The notes below the pieces were generated by a model. That model saw nothing but the letters and a program-made list of their open reading frames with translations, did not search any database and had not been told where the DNA came from. Positions 43,069 to 51,762 of a stretch of DNA of 64,000 nt are shown here, in pieces (the stretch's first letter is position 1; the number at the start of each line of letters is the position of its first letter). Source of the DNA: an uncultured Candidatus Saccharibacteria bacterium (GTDB taxonomy: Bacteria; Patescibacteriota; Minisyncoccia; Phycocordibacterales; UBA2100). A program made the translations under genes and the position numbers. The stretch spans positions 33,870 to 97,869 of the forward strand of contig CAZHOB010000001.1 in NCBI GenBank assembly GCA_964534465.1, written 5' to 3'.

Positions 43069-43108
43069 GATAACAATGAGTGCCACCCGTCTGATGTGCG
43101 GGGTGATT

Positions 43109-43139
43109 TTGCCAATGTGGCAAAAAATGTGACCCTACG
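43109..43139. repeat. Direct repeat copy X: small hairpin, A-run and a tRNA-Glu 3'-end fragment
   Basis: GCCAATGTGGCAAAAAATGTGACCCTACGG, compared with 44552-44587 GCCAATTTGGCAAAAAATCGAGCCATGACCCTACGG. Confidence 0.75.
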
Positions 43140-43362
43140 GCTCGGCTTTCCGAATCCATTAGCGAAGGGACGATGGAAAGCGTTGTCGCTCTTTGTAGAA
43201 TACTCCTCGCCATCAAGCAACGCACGGCTGGGTAATTTGCCGAATCGGCATAAAGGTACCTGACACCATTCTGCTATTTCACCCGAAGAGAAACCGCTCT
43301 CCGCGTCCCAGCTTGTCTTTGAAATACATGATCGTGCCAAGTTGGCACGATACTTGCCTCCG

Positions 43363-44532
43363 CTAGTTCGAGAATTTCATCGGCACCCGCTCGACACCCT
43401 TGCTCATTGGATAAAACTGCTGCGAATTCTGGCCAGTACTATCAATGATCCACGTCCCGGGGTTCTGTAATTTTGGAATACCGATGTCATAGAGGATCCA
43501 TGCACCATCCGGCGCCCACACAGGGTTGTCCGCCGCAATGCAATCGGTTGGACCGAGCGCGTCGAATTGCGTCTGCGTCGTCACAGGATTGCACGATGTC
43601 ACCGTGCGCCGTGCCCCGCCGGCAACAGGAATAACCGCTATATTGCGGTGACCCCAGGTGAGCGGAGATTGCGTAATTCCGGCAGCGCCATAATCCGCCT
43701 CCTGACCGCTGAACATCGCAATTGTGGTCTCGTCAGGCGAGATACTGGACGCGTTAGCATCCGGATAGTCCGGATCGCTGGAAAAAGTAAGCTGCGTGAG
43801 TCCGCTGCCATCTGTGTTGATACGCCATATCTCACGGTGATAAGGATTGACCGTTTCGGATGTAAACGAGATCCATCTGCCCGATTGGGCAAGCGAGGGT
43901 ACCGCAGGGCGCATGGTACTCCCGACTAGTTGTTTGAGCTGCGAACCGTCGCTCTGCATCGACCAAATTATGTTGCCTTCCTGCGTTCCCGGAGTCGCAC
44001 TGGCAGATATCGTCTGGAACACAATGAGTCCGTTGCGCGCCTGCTGCGCCATGACAGGCGCGCCCGTGCTGCTATCAAGCTGACCTATCTGATGAGCATT
44101 ATTTCCATTCTCGTCCATAATCCATATCTGCGCAGAGCCGCTGCGCGACGAAGTAAATATTATCTTGCCGTCGGGCGTCCATGACGGTGCGCCGCCGGAA
44201 TTTGTTAACAATGTTTTGACGCTGCCGTCACCGCGCACTTTATAGATAGAATCATGATCATTTATCAGCAGGAGTCCGTGTTGCCGTACATACGCGATCG
44301 AGTCGGTCGTGTTTCTTATATTCTGAACTTGGGAATCGGATTTGCCGTCAACAGCCGTCTCATACATCAATTGAGGCGCGTTTTGAAGAAAAGTAGTCGC
44401 TATGCTTATCGCTTGACCGGCAATCTGTATAGCCTGGTCGCGCGTCGCCTGAGGAACGCCTGGACCTTGAGCCAAAACGAGAAGCAAGAGAGCAGCTTTC
44501 AGAAGCGCGATGACAGACCCGAACATTTCCAA
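43363..44532 (-). CDS. TolB-like periplasmic beta-propeller protein
   Basis: Signal peptide plus repeated PD40/WD40-like blades (SWTPDGKIIFTS, IWIMDENG ...). Confidence 0.7.
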   Translation of the reverse strand: MEMFGSVIALLKAALLLLVLAQGPGVPQATRDQAIQIAGQAISIATTFLQNAPQLMYETAVDGKSDSQVQNIRNTTDSIAYVRQHGLLLINDHDSIYKVRGDGSVKTLLTNSGGAPSWTPDGKIIFTSSRSGSAQIWIMDENGNNAHQIGQLDSSTGAPVMAQQARNGLIVFQTISASATPGTQEGNIIWSMQSDGSQLKQLVGSTMRPAVPSLAQSGRWISFTSETVNPYHREIWRINTDGSGLTQLTFSSDPDYPDANASSISPDETTIAMFSGQEADYGAAGITQSPLTWGHRNIAVIPVAGGARRTVTSCNPVTTQTQFDALGPTDCIAADNPVWAPDGAWILYDIGIPKLQNPGTWIIDSTGQNSQQFYPMSKGVERVPMKFSN

Positions 44533-44551
44533 ATTCTATCACTGAAAATGT

Positions 44552-44587
44552 GCCAATTTGGCAAAAAATCGAGCCATGACCCTACGG
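44552..44587. repeat. Direct repeat copy Y (includes the genuine tRNA-Glu 3' end)
   Basis: See the copy at 43109-43139. Confidence 0.75.
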
Positions 44588-44648
44588 GGAATCGAACCCC
44601 GGTTTTAGCCTTGAGAAGGCCACGTCCTAGCCGCTAGACGATAGGGCC
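44577..44648 (-). tRNA. tRNA-Glu (anticodon CUC)
   Basis: Hand-folded cloverleaf: acceptor GGCCCTA/TAGGGTC, D-stem GTCT/GGAC, anticodon stem TGGCC/GGCTA with loop TTCTCAA, T-arm CGGGG-TTCGATT-CCCCG, discriminator A, no encoded CCA. Confidence 0.8.
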
Positions 44649-44698
44649 GTCTGCGAAAGTGTACCGAATAACATGCAACATTTCCACCCCCTTTCAGA

Positions 44699-44730
44699 TA
44701 CTCTCACATTCTTAAGAATATGAGAGTGTT
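44699..44730. promoter_or_regulatory. 30-bp palindrome downstream of the ArsR-family gene (1 mismatch)
   Basis: ACTCTCACATTCTTAAGAATATGAGAGTG. Confidence 0.6.
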
Positions 44731-45036
44731 CTACTCGGCATTTGAGAAGGAGTGGATAAAGGCATAAAAGATGCAGCCGTAAGGAGTCAGTCGGTGGCGC
44801 ACTTCCCTTCCCGCGTAAGCTTTCTCTACAAGTCCGGCCAACGTGAGGCGCCGCACATGCTCGGATGTCGTCTTAAAATTGGTATTCGCGGCATCTGCGA
44901 TATCAAATAGACCGATGTCCGGATTTTTTGCGATCAGGATAAGCATTTGGATGCGACGGTGATTCGCAACGCCTTTGAAATGCCTCTCCAACTTCTTCGG
45001 GCCTTTAACTTTTTTCTCCGACTCCATCATCGCCAC
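44731..45036 (-). CDS. ArsR/SmtB-family HTH transcriptional regulator
   Basis: HFKGVANHRRIQMLILIAKNPDIGLFDIA ... SEHVRRLTLAGLV wHTH; GTG start. Confidence 0.75.
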   Translation of the reverse strand: MAMMESEKKVKGPKKLERHFKGVANHRRIQMLILIAKNPDIGLFDIADAANTNFKTTSEHVRRLTLAGLVEKAYAGREVRHRLTPYGCIFYAFIHSFSNAE

Positions 45037-45068
45037 ATACTCTCACATTCTTAAGAATGTGAGAGTGT
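45037..45068. promoter_or_regulatory. 30-bp perfect palindrome immediately upstream of the ArsR-family gene (putative operator)
   Basis: ACACTCTCACATTCTTAAGAATGTGAGAGTGT. Confidence 0.65.
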
Positions 45069-45124
45069 TTTTCATGGTGTAATACTGTTCGGTATTTTAC
45101 GCCAATTGATGGGGGGTGGGGATG

Positions 45125-46417
45125 TTACCGGTCTTTCCACTCGGGGTCTTGGCGGACGAGGAGTTCGGGGGCGTGGAGCGGGTCGGCCATTATTTCTTCT
45201 ACCGTGCGCTCCATACGCATTGATTGCGACCCCTTAATAAGTACGATGTCACCCTTTTGTAATTCAGATTCAAGCTCCTTCCCTGCCCGCGCGGCTTCAT
45301 TATGTTCGTACTGGCGGATAGAGATATCGGGCATGCCCTGATCGAGCGCGGCCTGCGCACTTGCACGCGAGCGAAAGCCCACCGTGATGAGCGTGTCGGC
45401 CACCTCCGCTGCACGTGCGCCCAGCTGCTTGTGCGCATCGGAAGAATATTTGCCGAGCTCGAGCATGTCTGCGAGGACGGCGATCTTTCGCTTCCTCGTC
45501 TTTATCTCTTTGAGTGTGTCGAGGGCTGAAAGCGCTGCGACCGGTGAAGAATTGTACGTATCGTCGATAATGATAGAACCACGAAGGCCCTTCAGGATAC
45601 GCATTCTTCCCGGCGGAGGTGCCCACTTTGCGAGCGCCGCGACCGCTTGATCGATCTCTACGCCAACGATCTTACCCACTGCGATCGCCGCGAGCGCCGC
45701 ATACACACGCGGCGTGCCGAGCGCTCCTTCCGTCAAGACGGGACGCGAGGTGCGTTCGTGCATAAGATCGAATTGCATGCCGGTGGGTTTGCCCCCCTCG
45801 GAAAGAATGTGTACATTGGACGCCGCGTAATCATTGAAGGGCTCAGTGCCGTATTTTACGCAGCTGTCTTTGAATTCCGCCGCGATGCGCTGCATGCGCA
45901 GATCATCGCCATTGAGCACAATGCGACCGCCCGGCCGCAGGTATTCTGCGAGCGCTCTTTTTTCGCGCACTACCTCGCCCGGCGAATTGAAAAATTCCAC
46001 GTGCACCGGTATTTCCGGCACTCCGGTGATGATGGCTATTTCGGGTCTTAGCCACCGCGCGAGTGAACGGATGTCTCCCGGGCGATCAGCGCCCACCTCG
46101 AGCACGAGCCAGTCCGGATACGGCCCTTTGCCGAGTGCGAGCAAAAGGCCGCGAACGATATTCACGACCCAGCCAAATACATTTCGCCACGCATTTTCCA
46201 ATCCTAATATCGCAAGCGGCACACCTATGTCGCTGTTCATGCTTTTTTCGCTCTTGCGCACATACACGCGCGAGGAAAGCACTGAGTAGATAGCGTCCTT
46301 GGTCGTCGTTTTGCCGACACTGCCTGTGACGGCTACAATATGCGGACGATAGCGACGCAATACCATACGCGCCTCCCACGTCAGGATCGTAACTATAATG
46401 AATTTGAACGGGTTCAT
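45125..46417 (-). CDS. murF: UDP-MurNAc-tripeptide--D-Ala-D-Ala ligase (Mur ligase family)
   Basis: VAVTGSVGKTTTKD P-loop and Mur ligase middle and C-terminal domains. Confidence 0.8.
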   Translation of the reverse strand: MNPFKFIIVTILTWEARMVLRRYRPHIVAVTGSVGKTTTKDAIYSVLSSRVYVRKSEKSMNSDIGVPLAILGLENAWRNVFGWVVNIVRGLLLALGKGPYPDWLVLEVGADRPGDIRSLARWLRPEIAIITGVPEIPVHVEFFNSPGEVVREKRALAEYLRPGGRIVLNGDDLRMQRIAAEFKDSCVKYGTEPFNDYAASNVHILSEGGKPTGMQFDLMHERTSRPVLTEGALGTPRVYAALAAIAVGKIVGVEIDQAVAALAKWAPPPGRMRILKGLRGSIIIDDTYNSSPVAALSALDTLKEIKTRKRKIAVLADMLELGKYSSDAHKQLGARAAEVADTLITVGFRSRASAQAALDQGMPDISIRQYEHNEAARAGKELESELQKGDIVLIKGSQSMRMERTVEEIMADPLHAPELLVRQDPEWKDR

Positions 46418-46426
46418 ATTCGAAAT

Positions 46427-48145
46427 TTATCTATCGGGCGGTATATCGTAATAATTGATGAGAAACTTCGCAATGTCCATGAAGGGATGTGCGAGCGTGG
46501 CCGAGGCGTATTGCTGCCCGTGCGGCTTGTAAGCAAAAAGAAAGACGATGAATTTTGGATCATGCGCAGGAAAATATCCAAAAAATGAGTGCAGATAGGT
46601 GCCTGCCGGATAATATCCACCGCCCGGCATCGGTATTTGCGCCGTGCCGGTCTTCGCGGCTATGGTGTAGTGCTCCTGCTTCAAGTCGCCATGTAGAAGT
46701 CCTTTGTCAAAAACGGTGATGAGCATATTGGTGACGGTATCCACAGTGGCCGGTTTCAATGCCTGCGTCCCCGGAATGAGGGGCACATCACGCGTGATAC
46801 CGCTTTCGTACTTTATACCTGTCACGACGTGCGGATTCGGTAAAGTGCCCTGATTGGCGAGCGCGGAGAGCGCCTTGATCATTTCTATAGGGGAAACTGA
46901 TATACCCTGCCCGAACGCAGCGGTGTCGTAATTGACCGCAGCACTCTGCCCGGTGCCGAGCGTGCTTAGATCTCCTCCGACCTCATTGGGCAGATCAATG
47001 GCTGTTTTGTCACCGAGCCCGAGGGCATGCATGTAGGCGGTGAAAACCGGATAGCCCATCTTGGTGGCGAGGTGTGCTGCGCCGAGATTGAGCGATTGGC
47101 TCAAAATTTCCTGCATCGGTATCACGCCACGAGCCTTTTGGTCGAAATTGCACACTTTATAGGTGCTGACAGTAATGCAGCCCGTGTCATTGTACGTGCT
47201 CTCTCTCGTAACGGCGCCGGAATCTATCGCTGAGGCCATGGTGAGCGGTTTCATGATGGAGCCGAGCTCGAAACGGCCCTCGACGAGCGCGTCGGCATAG
47301 AGTTTCGGATCAGTAACAGTGTTGTATGTATTGGGGTCAAAAGAGGGCCGCATCGCGAGCGCGTATATCTCCCCCGTGTGCGGATCCATCACAATGCCGC
47401 CGGAAAAATCAGGCGTATATTCCTCTTGCACTTTATCGAGTGTGTCTTCAAGCTGCTGCTCCACCTTGGGTTCAATGGACGTAACGATACTGCCGGAGCT
47501 GCCCGCGGGGTCGCTCGAAAGCAGCGCATGCACATTGGAGAAAAGTTCCGCGAACGGATTTACAAAGAGGCCCGCGGAGTGGATAGCGAGCGTGTCTTGA
47601 TAAAAACGCTCGAGACCGTAGACGCCGGTTTTGGTATCACCCTGATACGCGACGAATCCTATCGCTTGCGAAGCGAGCGTATGGGCAGGATAGAAACGCC
47701 ACTGGTCCTGTACGAGCAAGACGCCCGGTATTTTGAGAGCGCGTATCTTCTCCGCAGCGTCGTCACTGACTCGGAACGCCACCTCTTCATAAGGATCGCT
47801 TTTCTTGGATGCGTTGGTCAAAAAACGTGCCTGATCTATCGGCGTGATGGCGCTCAGTGTCGTGTATAAGTTCTCGGGAGAGACGATGTCCTTCGGCGTG
47901 ATGGCAATGCGCCACCCAGAGCGCATCACCGCGCCCGCCACGAGCTCATTATCCTTGGTCGTAAAGTAGATAGTGCCGCGATCGCCCGTGTCGGGCGTGG
48001 GTTCCACATACTGTGCTTTCGCATCATTGCGATAGTCGGTCCCATGCACGACCTGCACCAAATAGAGACGCCCCACGAGGAGGAGCGCCCCCACAATGAA
48101 TACGCCGCACAAAAAGCGTGCTCGTACGACCAAATTCGTTCGCAT
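46427..48145 (-). CDS. ftsI: Penicillin-binding protein (FtsI-type transpeptidase)
   Basis: N-terminal TM anchor, dimerisation domain, transpeptidase with a SIMK (SxxK) motif. Confidence 0.85.
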   Translation of the reverse strand: MRTNLVVRARFLCGVFIVGALLLVGRLYLVQVVHGTDYRNDAKAQYVEPTPDTGDRGTIYFTTKDNELVAGAVMRSGWRIAITPKDIVSPENLYTTLSAITPIDQARFLTNASKKSDPYEEVAFRVSDDAAEKIRALKIPGVLLVQDQWRFYPAHTLASQAIGFVAYQGDTKTGVYGLERFYQDTLAIHSAGLFVNPFAELFSNVHALLSSDPAGSSGSIVTSIEPKVEQQLEDTLDKVQEEYTPDFSGGIVMDPHTGEIYALAMRPSFDPNTYNTVTDPKLYADALVEGRFELGSIMKPLTMASAIDSGAVTRESTYNDTGCITVSTYKVCNFDQKARGVIPMQEILSQSLNLGAAHLATKMGYPVFTAYMHALGLGDKTAIDLPNEVGGDLSTLGTGQSAAVNYDTAAFGQGISVSPIEMIKALSALANQGTLPNPHVVTGIKYESGITRDVPLIPGTQALKPATVDTVTNMLITVFDKGLLHGDLKQEHYTIAAKTGTAQIPMPGGGYYPAGTYLHSFFGYFPAHDPKFIVFLFAYKPHGQQYASATLAHPFMDIAKFLINYYDIPPDR

Positions 48146-48151
48146 TACTTT

Positions 48152-48547
48152 CTATTGTAACGCAGCCTCTTGCGCGAGAGCGGTATCTCCAAGGCGCTTC
48201 ACGTAGCTTGGGTCCTGCACGGGCACGAGCCCGAGCGTCGCGCCCACTTGCGGTGTGAGCGTCTGTGCAAGCGCGAAGTAGTCCTGTTCCATCGCCGAAA
48301 TTCCCGTCTGCAAACGAGCGGTCTTCCCGAGCGCTTCCTGACGCGCGATCACATTAAGTACCGAGGATGAAATGAAGAAGAGATACGCGCAGACGAAGAA
48401 TGCGAGTACGGCGAGCACCGATCGCAAAATGAGCTGCTCCGCCGGATGTTCGATAGTGAAGGAGACCGAGCGTGCGCCGGCAAAATCCAAAGACCCCTGA
48501 AATACCGAGGGGATGTGTTTGCTTATTCTTAATGCTGTTTTTGACAT
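48152..48547 (-). CDS. ftsL: FtsL-like small bitopic division protein
   Basis: 131 aa with a single TM, located between rsmH and ftsI. Confidence 0.5.
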   Translation of the reverse strand: MSKTALRISKHIPSVFQGSLDFAGARSVSFTIEHPAEQLILRSVLAVLAFFVCAYLFFISSSVLNVIARQEALGKTARLQTGISAMEQDYFALAQTLTPQVGATLGLVPVQDPSYVKRLGDTALAQEAALQ

Positions 48548-48549
48548 AT

Positions 48550-49479
48550 TTAAATTTTGGAAATTACCCGAAGCTTTGCGCTGCGTGCGCGGGGATTTTC
48601 ATGCAATTCTTTTTCCGATGCGATAAGCGGTTTTTTCGTGATGCGCGTGCCGAAACCATTATTTTCCCAGATCATGAATTGCTGCTTCACGAGCCGATCT
48701 TCGACGCTGTGGAAGGTAATGACCGCGATGCGGCCGCCGTGCGAGAGTATGTGCCACGCTCCCTGCAAGCCGTCTTTGAGAGCGCCGAGTTCGTCGTTGA
48801 CCGCGATGCGAAGCGCTTGAAATGTGCGTGTGGCGGGATGAATGCGACCGTGACGATAGGAGGGCGGCACTGCACTTTTGATGCACTCCGCCAATTCGAC
48901 CGATGTATCAAAAGGCTTTTGTTTGCGCTGAAAGACGATGGCTTTTGCGATGCGGCGCGAGTATCTCTCTTCGCCCCACCCGTAAATGACATCGGCGATG
49001 CTTTCTTCTTCCCATTCGTTGACGATCTGCCGCGCTGTCAGTGCCTTTTCATCCATGCTGTAGGTCATGAGCAGTGGTTCGTCGCTCTGGAATGAGAATC
49101 CGCGACCGTCTGAGAGCTGATAGCTGCTCCAACCAAGGTCGAAAAGCGCTCTGTCGATACTCGTGATCTGCCGCATCTGCAGTTCCCGCTTGATATTGCG
49201 GAAATTGCCTTCTATGAGGTGAGTCGCGGGTTGCGCGCTGGAAAGTGCATCTTTTCCCCGAGCTATTGCCCGAGCGTCGAGATCAAAGCCGATAAGTACG
49301 CCTTTGTCGGTGAGCTTATGAGCGAGCGCTTTCGCGTGCCCTGCTCCACCGAGCGTCGCATCAACAACCGTGTCGGTCGGTTGAATTGCAAGATTTTCTA
49401 TTGCTTCGTGTAAAAGAACAGACTGGTGACCACTTGGTGGCACCAGGTCGCTGGAAGATTGTGAGCGTCGCGTGCGCAT
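48550..49479 (-). CDS. rsmH: 16S rRNA m4C1402 methyltransferase RsmH (MraW)
   Basis: HQSVLLHEAIENL ... VVDATLGGAGHA SAM-binding motifs. Confidence 0.9.
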   Translation of the reverse strand: MRTRRSQSSSDLVPPSGHQSVLLHEAIENLAIQPTDTVVDATLGGAGHAKALAHKLTDKGVLIGFDLDARAIARGKDALSSAQPATHLIEGNFRNIKRELQMRQITSIDRALFDLGWSSYQLSDGRGFSFQSDEPLLMTYSMDEKALTARQIVNEWEEESIADVIYGWGEERYSRRIAKAIVFQRKQKPFDTSVELAECIKSAVPPSYRHGRIHPATRTFQALRIAVNDELGALKDGLQGAWHILSHGGRIAVITFHSVEDRLVKQQFMIWENNGFGTRITKKPLIASEKELHENPRARSAKLRVISKI

Positions 49480-49528
49480 GACGTTTTTATCCTCCAGCTA
49501 CCTCGTGCAGCCAAAGGGATGAAGGGGA

Positions 49529-49969
49529 CTACAGGGCACCAATTTCTCCGAGTTTCTCGGCCATCGCATCGGCCTGCTTCTCAATGCGAGCTTTGTAGCT
49601 CTTCCACTGAGCTGCATCCCAGATCTCGACCCGATCCGAAACTCCGGCAAATACGACATCTTTTTTCAATCCCGCGAAATCTTTCTGATGATCCGGTATC
49701 AATATCCGTCCCGCTCCGTCGGTATCCACTTCCACCGCGCCGGAGAGAATGAAGCGATTGAATCCGCGAGTATCGGCTTGAACAAATGAAAGTGATTGCA
49801 GTTTGGCTGCAACTTTTTCCCAGTTACCGCGCGGATACACGAAGAGACAATTATCCAAACCGCGCGTCATCACCATTTTTTTGCCAAGCGCTCCACGAAA
49901 TGCCTTCGGGAGTGAAACCCGTTTTTTTTCGTCGAGCGTATGTTCGTATTCACCTATGAACATGGTCAT
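49529..49969 (-). CDS. mraZ: Transcriptional regulator MraZ
   Basis: Duplicated DEKKRVSLP/DxxGR-type motif. Confidence 0.9.
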   Translation of the reverse strand: MTMFIGEYEHTLDEKKRVSLPKAFRGALGKKMVMTRGLDNCLFVYPRGNWEKVAAKLQSLSFVQADTRGFNRFILSGAVEVDTDGAGRILIPDHQKDFAGLKKDVVFAGVSDRVEIWDAAQWKSYKARIEKQADAMAEKLGEIGAL

Positions 49970-50099
49970 TCCCTATTTCCCACTTTCTCCCACTGCAATA
50001 GAGTATAACTCACTATAACCCACACCAAGGCATTTTAATACCACTTCTGTGGATTACTCTCCCTAGCAGTGGGTTACAAAGGGTAACCCTTTGTACCCG

Positions 50100-50657
50100 C
50101 TATTTTGGCTTAGAGAAGCCAAATTCTTCCTGTTGCTGGAGCGGTAATGTCTCTATGATCTCGTGACAAAGTCCGAACTCCTTGGCTTCGCTTGCCTGCA
50201 TGATCTTGGAGCGACGGAGCATGTTGGCCACCATTTCGGTGTCGTTGCTCGTCTCGCGCGCGATGATGTAGATCATTTCGTGCAATTCGCGCTTGAAGAC
50301 CGAAATCGCCTCTTCGTGCGCGTGCACCGGGGCTGTCGCATCCTGTACCGTGTATCGACCCTCGTGAAAAAAGAACTGGCTCTCTCGCACGGCGAGCCGT
50401 TTTTTGCCGGCAAGAAAAATGAGCGTCGCCGCCGCGTCCACGCCGCCAAAACCGATCGTCTCCACATTGATCGGCAGCGCTTTGAGATATGCGTACATAT
50501 TAATGCCGGCGTCAATCTCGCCGCCGCTCGAGGCGAGCAGGAATCGCATATTATCCACGGGCTTAGAATATATGTCGTCGTTGATAGTGCGTATCGCCTC
50601 CTGCACGCTCTTTTTGTCCACCTGACCCGTGATGGTATACCAGATCTCCATAGACAA
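50100..50657 (-). CDS. ClpP-like protein with a substituted catalytic triad (Ser->Ala, Asp->His), N-terminally truncated
   Basis: Aligns with ClpP across SSGGEIDAGINMYAYL...GFGGVDAAATLIFLAG...FFFHEG...EAKEFGLCHEI; lacks the axial N-terminal loop. Confidence 0.6.
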   Translation of the reverse strand: MSMEIWYTITGQVDKKSVQEAIRTINDDIYSKPVDNMRFLLASSGGEIDAGINMYAYLKALPINVETIGFGGVDAAATLIFLAGKKRLAVRESQFFFHEGRYTVQDATAPVHAHEEAISVFKRELHEMIYIIARETSNDTEMVANMLRRSKIMQASEAKEFGLCHEIIETLPLQQQEEFGFSKPK

Positions 50658-50737
50658 TATGTATCAAACTGCTGTGAAGCAGCAGTTAAGGCATTGGAAA
50701 GAAAGGCCCATGGCGAGCCTTCCTTTCCCCTTTATTG

Positions 50738-50860
50738 TTACGACCTGCGGCTCCTGCCGCCGTGTGAAGCCCTGCCACCCATCGCCGCGATCCTTCGCTG
50801 TTTGGCGGGATCCATCGCCGCAAAACCCCGTCTGCTTTTGCCTGTGCTGTTTCGTGCCAT
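50738..50860 (-). CDS. Small KGG-repeat stress-induced protein (YciG-like)
   Basis: MARNSTGKSRRGFAAMDPAKQRRIAAMGGRASHGG; no convincing RBS. Confidence 0.35.
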   Translation of the reverse strand: MARNSTGKSRRGFAAMDPAKQRRIAAMGGRASHGGRSRRS

Positions 50861-50967
50861 ATTCTTTGTGTGTGAATTGCTCCTAATCGTCGACCATCTG
50901 GGCGCAGCGTAGCGCACCCTGCATGAATCAAAGGTTAAGCATTGCAAAAAACACGCAAAGACGGCCC

Positions 50968-51762
50968 CTAAAGCACGTGCACGGTTTTCTCTTGCAGCGC
51001 TTGCTCGGCGCGACTGACGATGCGTTCCATGATCGTAACGACTTCGAGTGGGAATTTTCCGAGCGCGCTTTCTTCTGAAAGCATCACGGCGTCGGCACCG
51101 GAAACTATTGCATACGCGACATCGGTAACTTCAGCGCGCGTGGGTTGCCTTTTTTCCGTCATCGATAACATCATTTGTGTTGCCACGATCACCGGCTTGC
51201 CGGCAGCTTTTGTGCGCTCTATCAGGTCACGTTCGACGAACGGAATATCTTCAATCGGGATGGCGAGACCCAGATCGCCGCGCGCGATCATGATGGCATC
51301 GGCGGCGGCAAGGATCCTATCGAAATCCTCTATCGCTTCACGGCGTTCTATCTTGGCGATTATCGGTACCTTGGAATTACGTTTTTCGATCTCCGCACGC
51401 ATCGCGACCACATCTTCCGCCCTGCCCACGTATGACTGTGCGACGTACTCAATGCCTTCGCCAAGACAAAAATCGAGGTCCGCGAGATCTTTTTCTGTAA
51501 TTTGCGCGCTCGCGGAGTCGAAGGCATGGCCGCCTTCGGTATGCTCGCGCGGGCCGGCCATGTCGAGAATGACGGGTACTTTTTTGCCGACTGCTTGCGC
51601 TGCCGCGCGAATAGCCCGCATATAGCCGCCATTGCTCTCATGCGTGCCGTGCGAAAAATTGATGCGCCCGACATCCATGCCGGCCTTCATCATTTCTTCC
51701 AAAAGTTTTTGCTCTCCGGAGCAGGGGCCGATGGTCGCGACGATCTGCGCGCGGGAATTCAT
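50968..51762 (-). CDS. pyk: Minimal pyruvate kinase (TIM-barrel A domain only; B lid and C allosteric domains absent)
   Basis: KIERREAIEDFDRIL, IARGDLGLAIPIEDIPFVERDLIERTKAAGKPVIVATQMM, MLSEESALGKFP PK signatures; 264 aa. Confidence 0.75.
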   Translation of the reverse strand: MNSRAQIVATIGPCSGEQKLLEEMMKAGMDVGRINFSHGTHESNGGYMRAIRAAAQAVGKKVPVILDMAGPREHTEGGHAFDSASAQITEKDLADLDFCLGEGIEYVAQSYVGRAEDVVAMRAEIEKRNSKVPIIAKIERREAIEDFDRILAAADAIMIARGDLGLAIPIEDIPFVERDLIERTKAAGKPVIVATQMMLSMTEKRQPTRAEVTDVAYAIVSGADAVMLSEESALGKFPLEVVTIMERIVSRAEQALQEKTVHVL

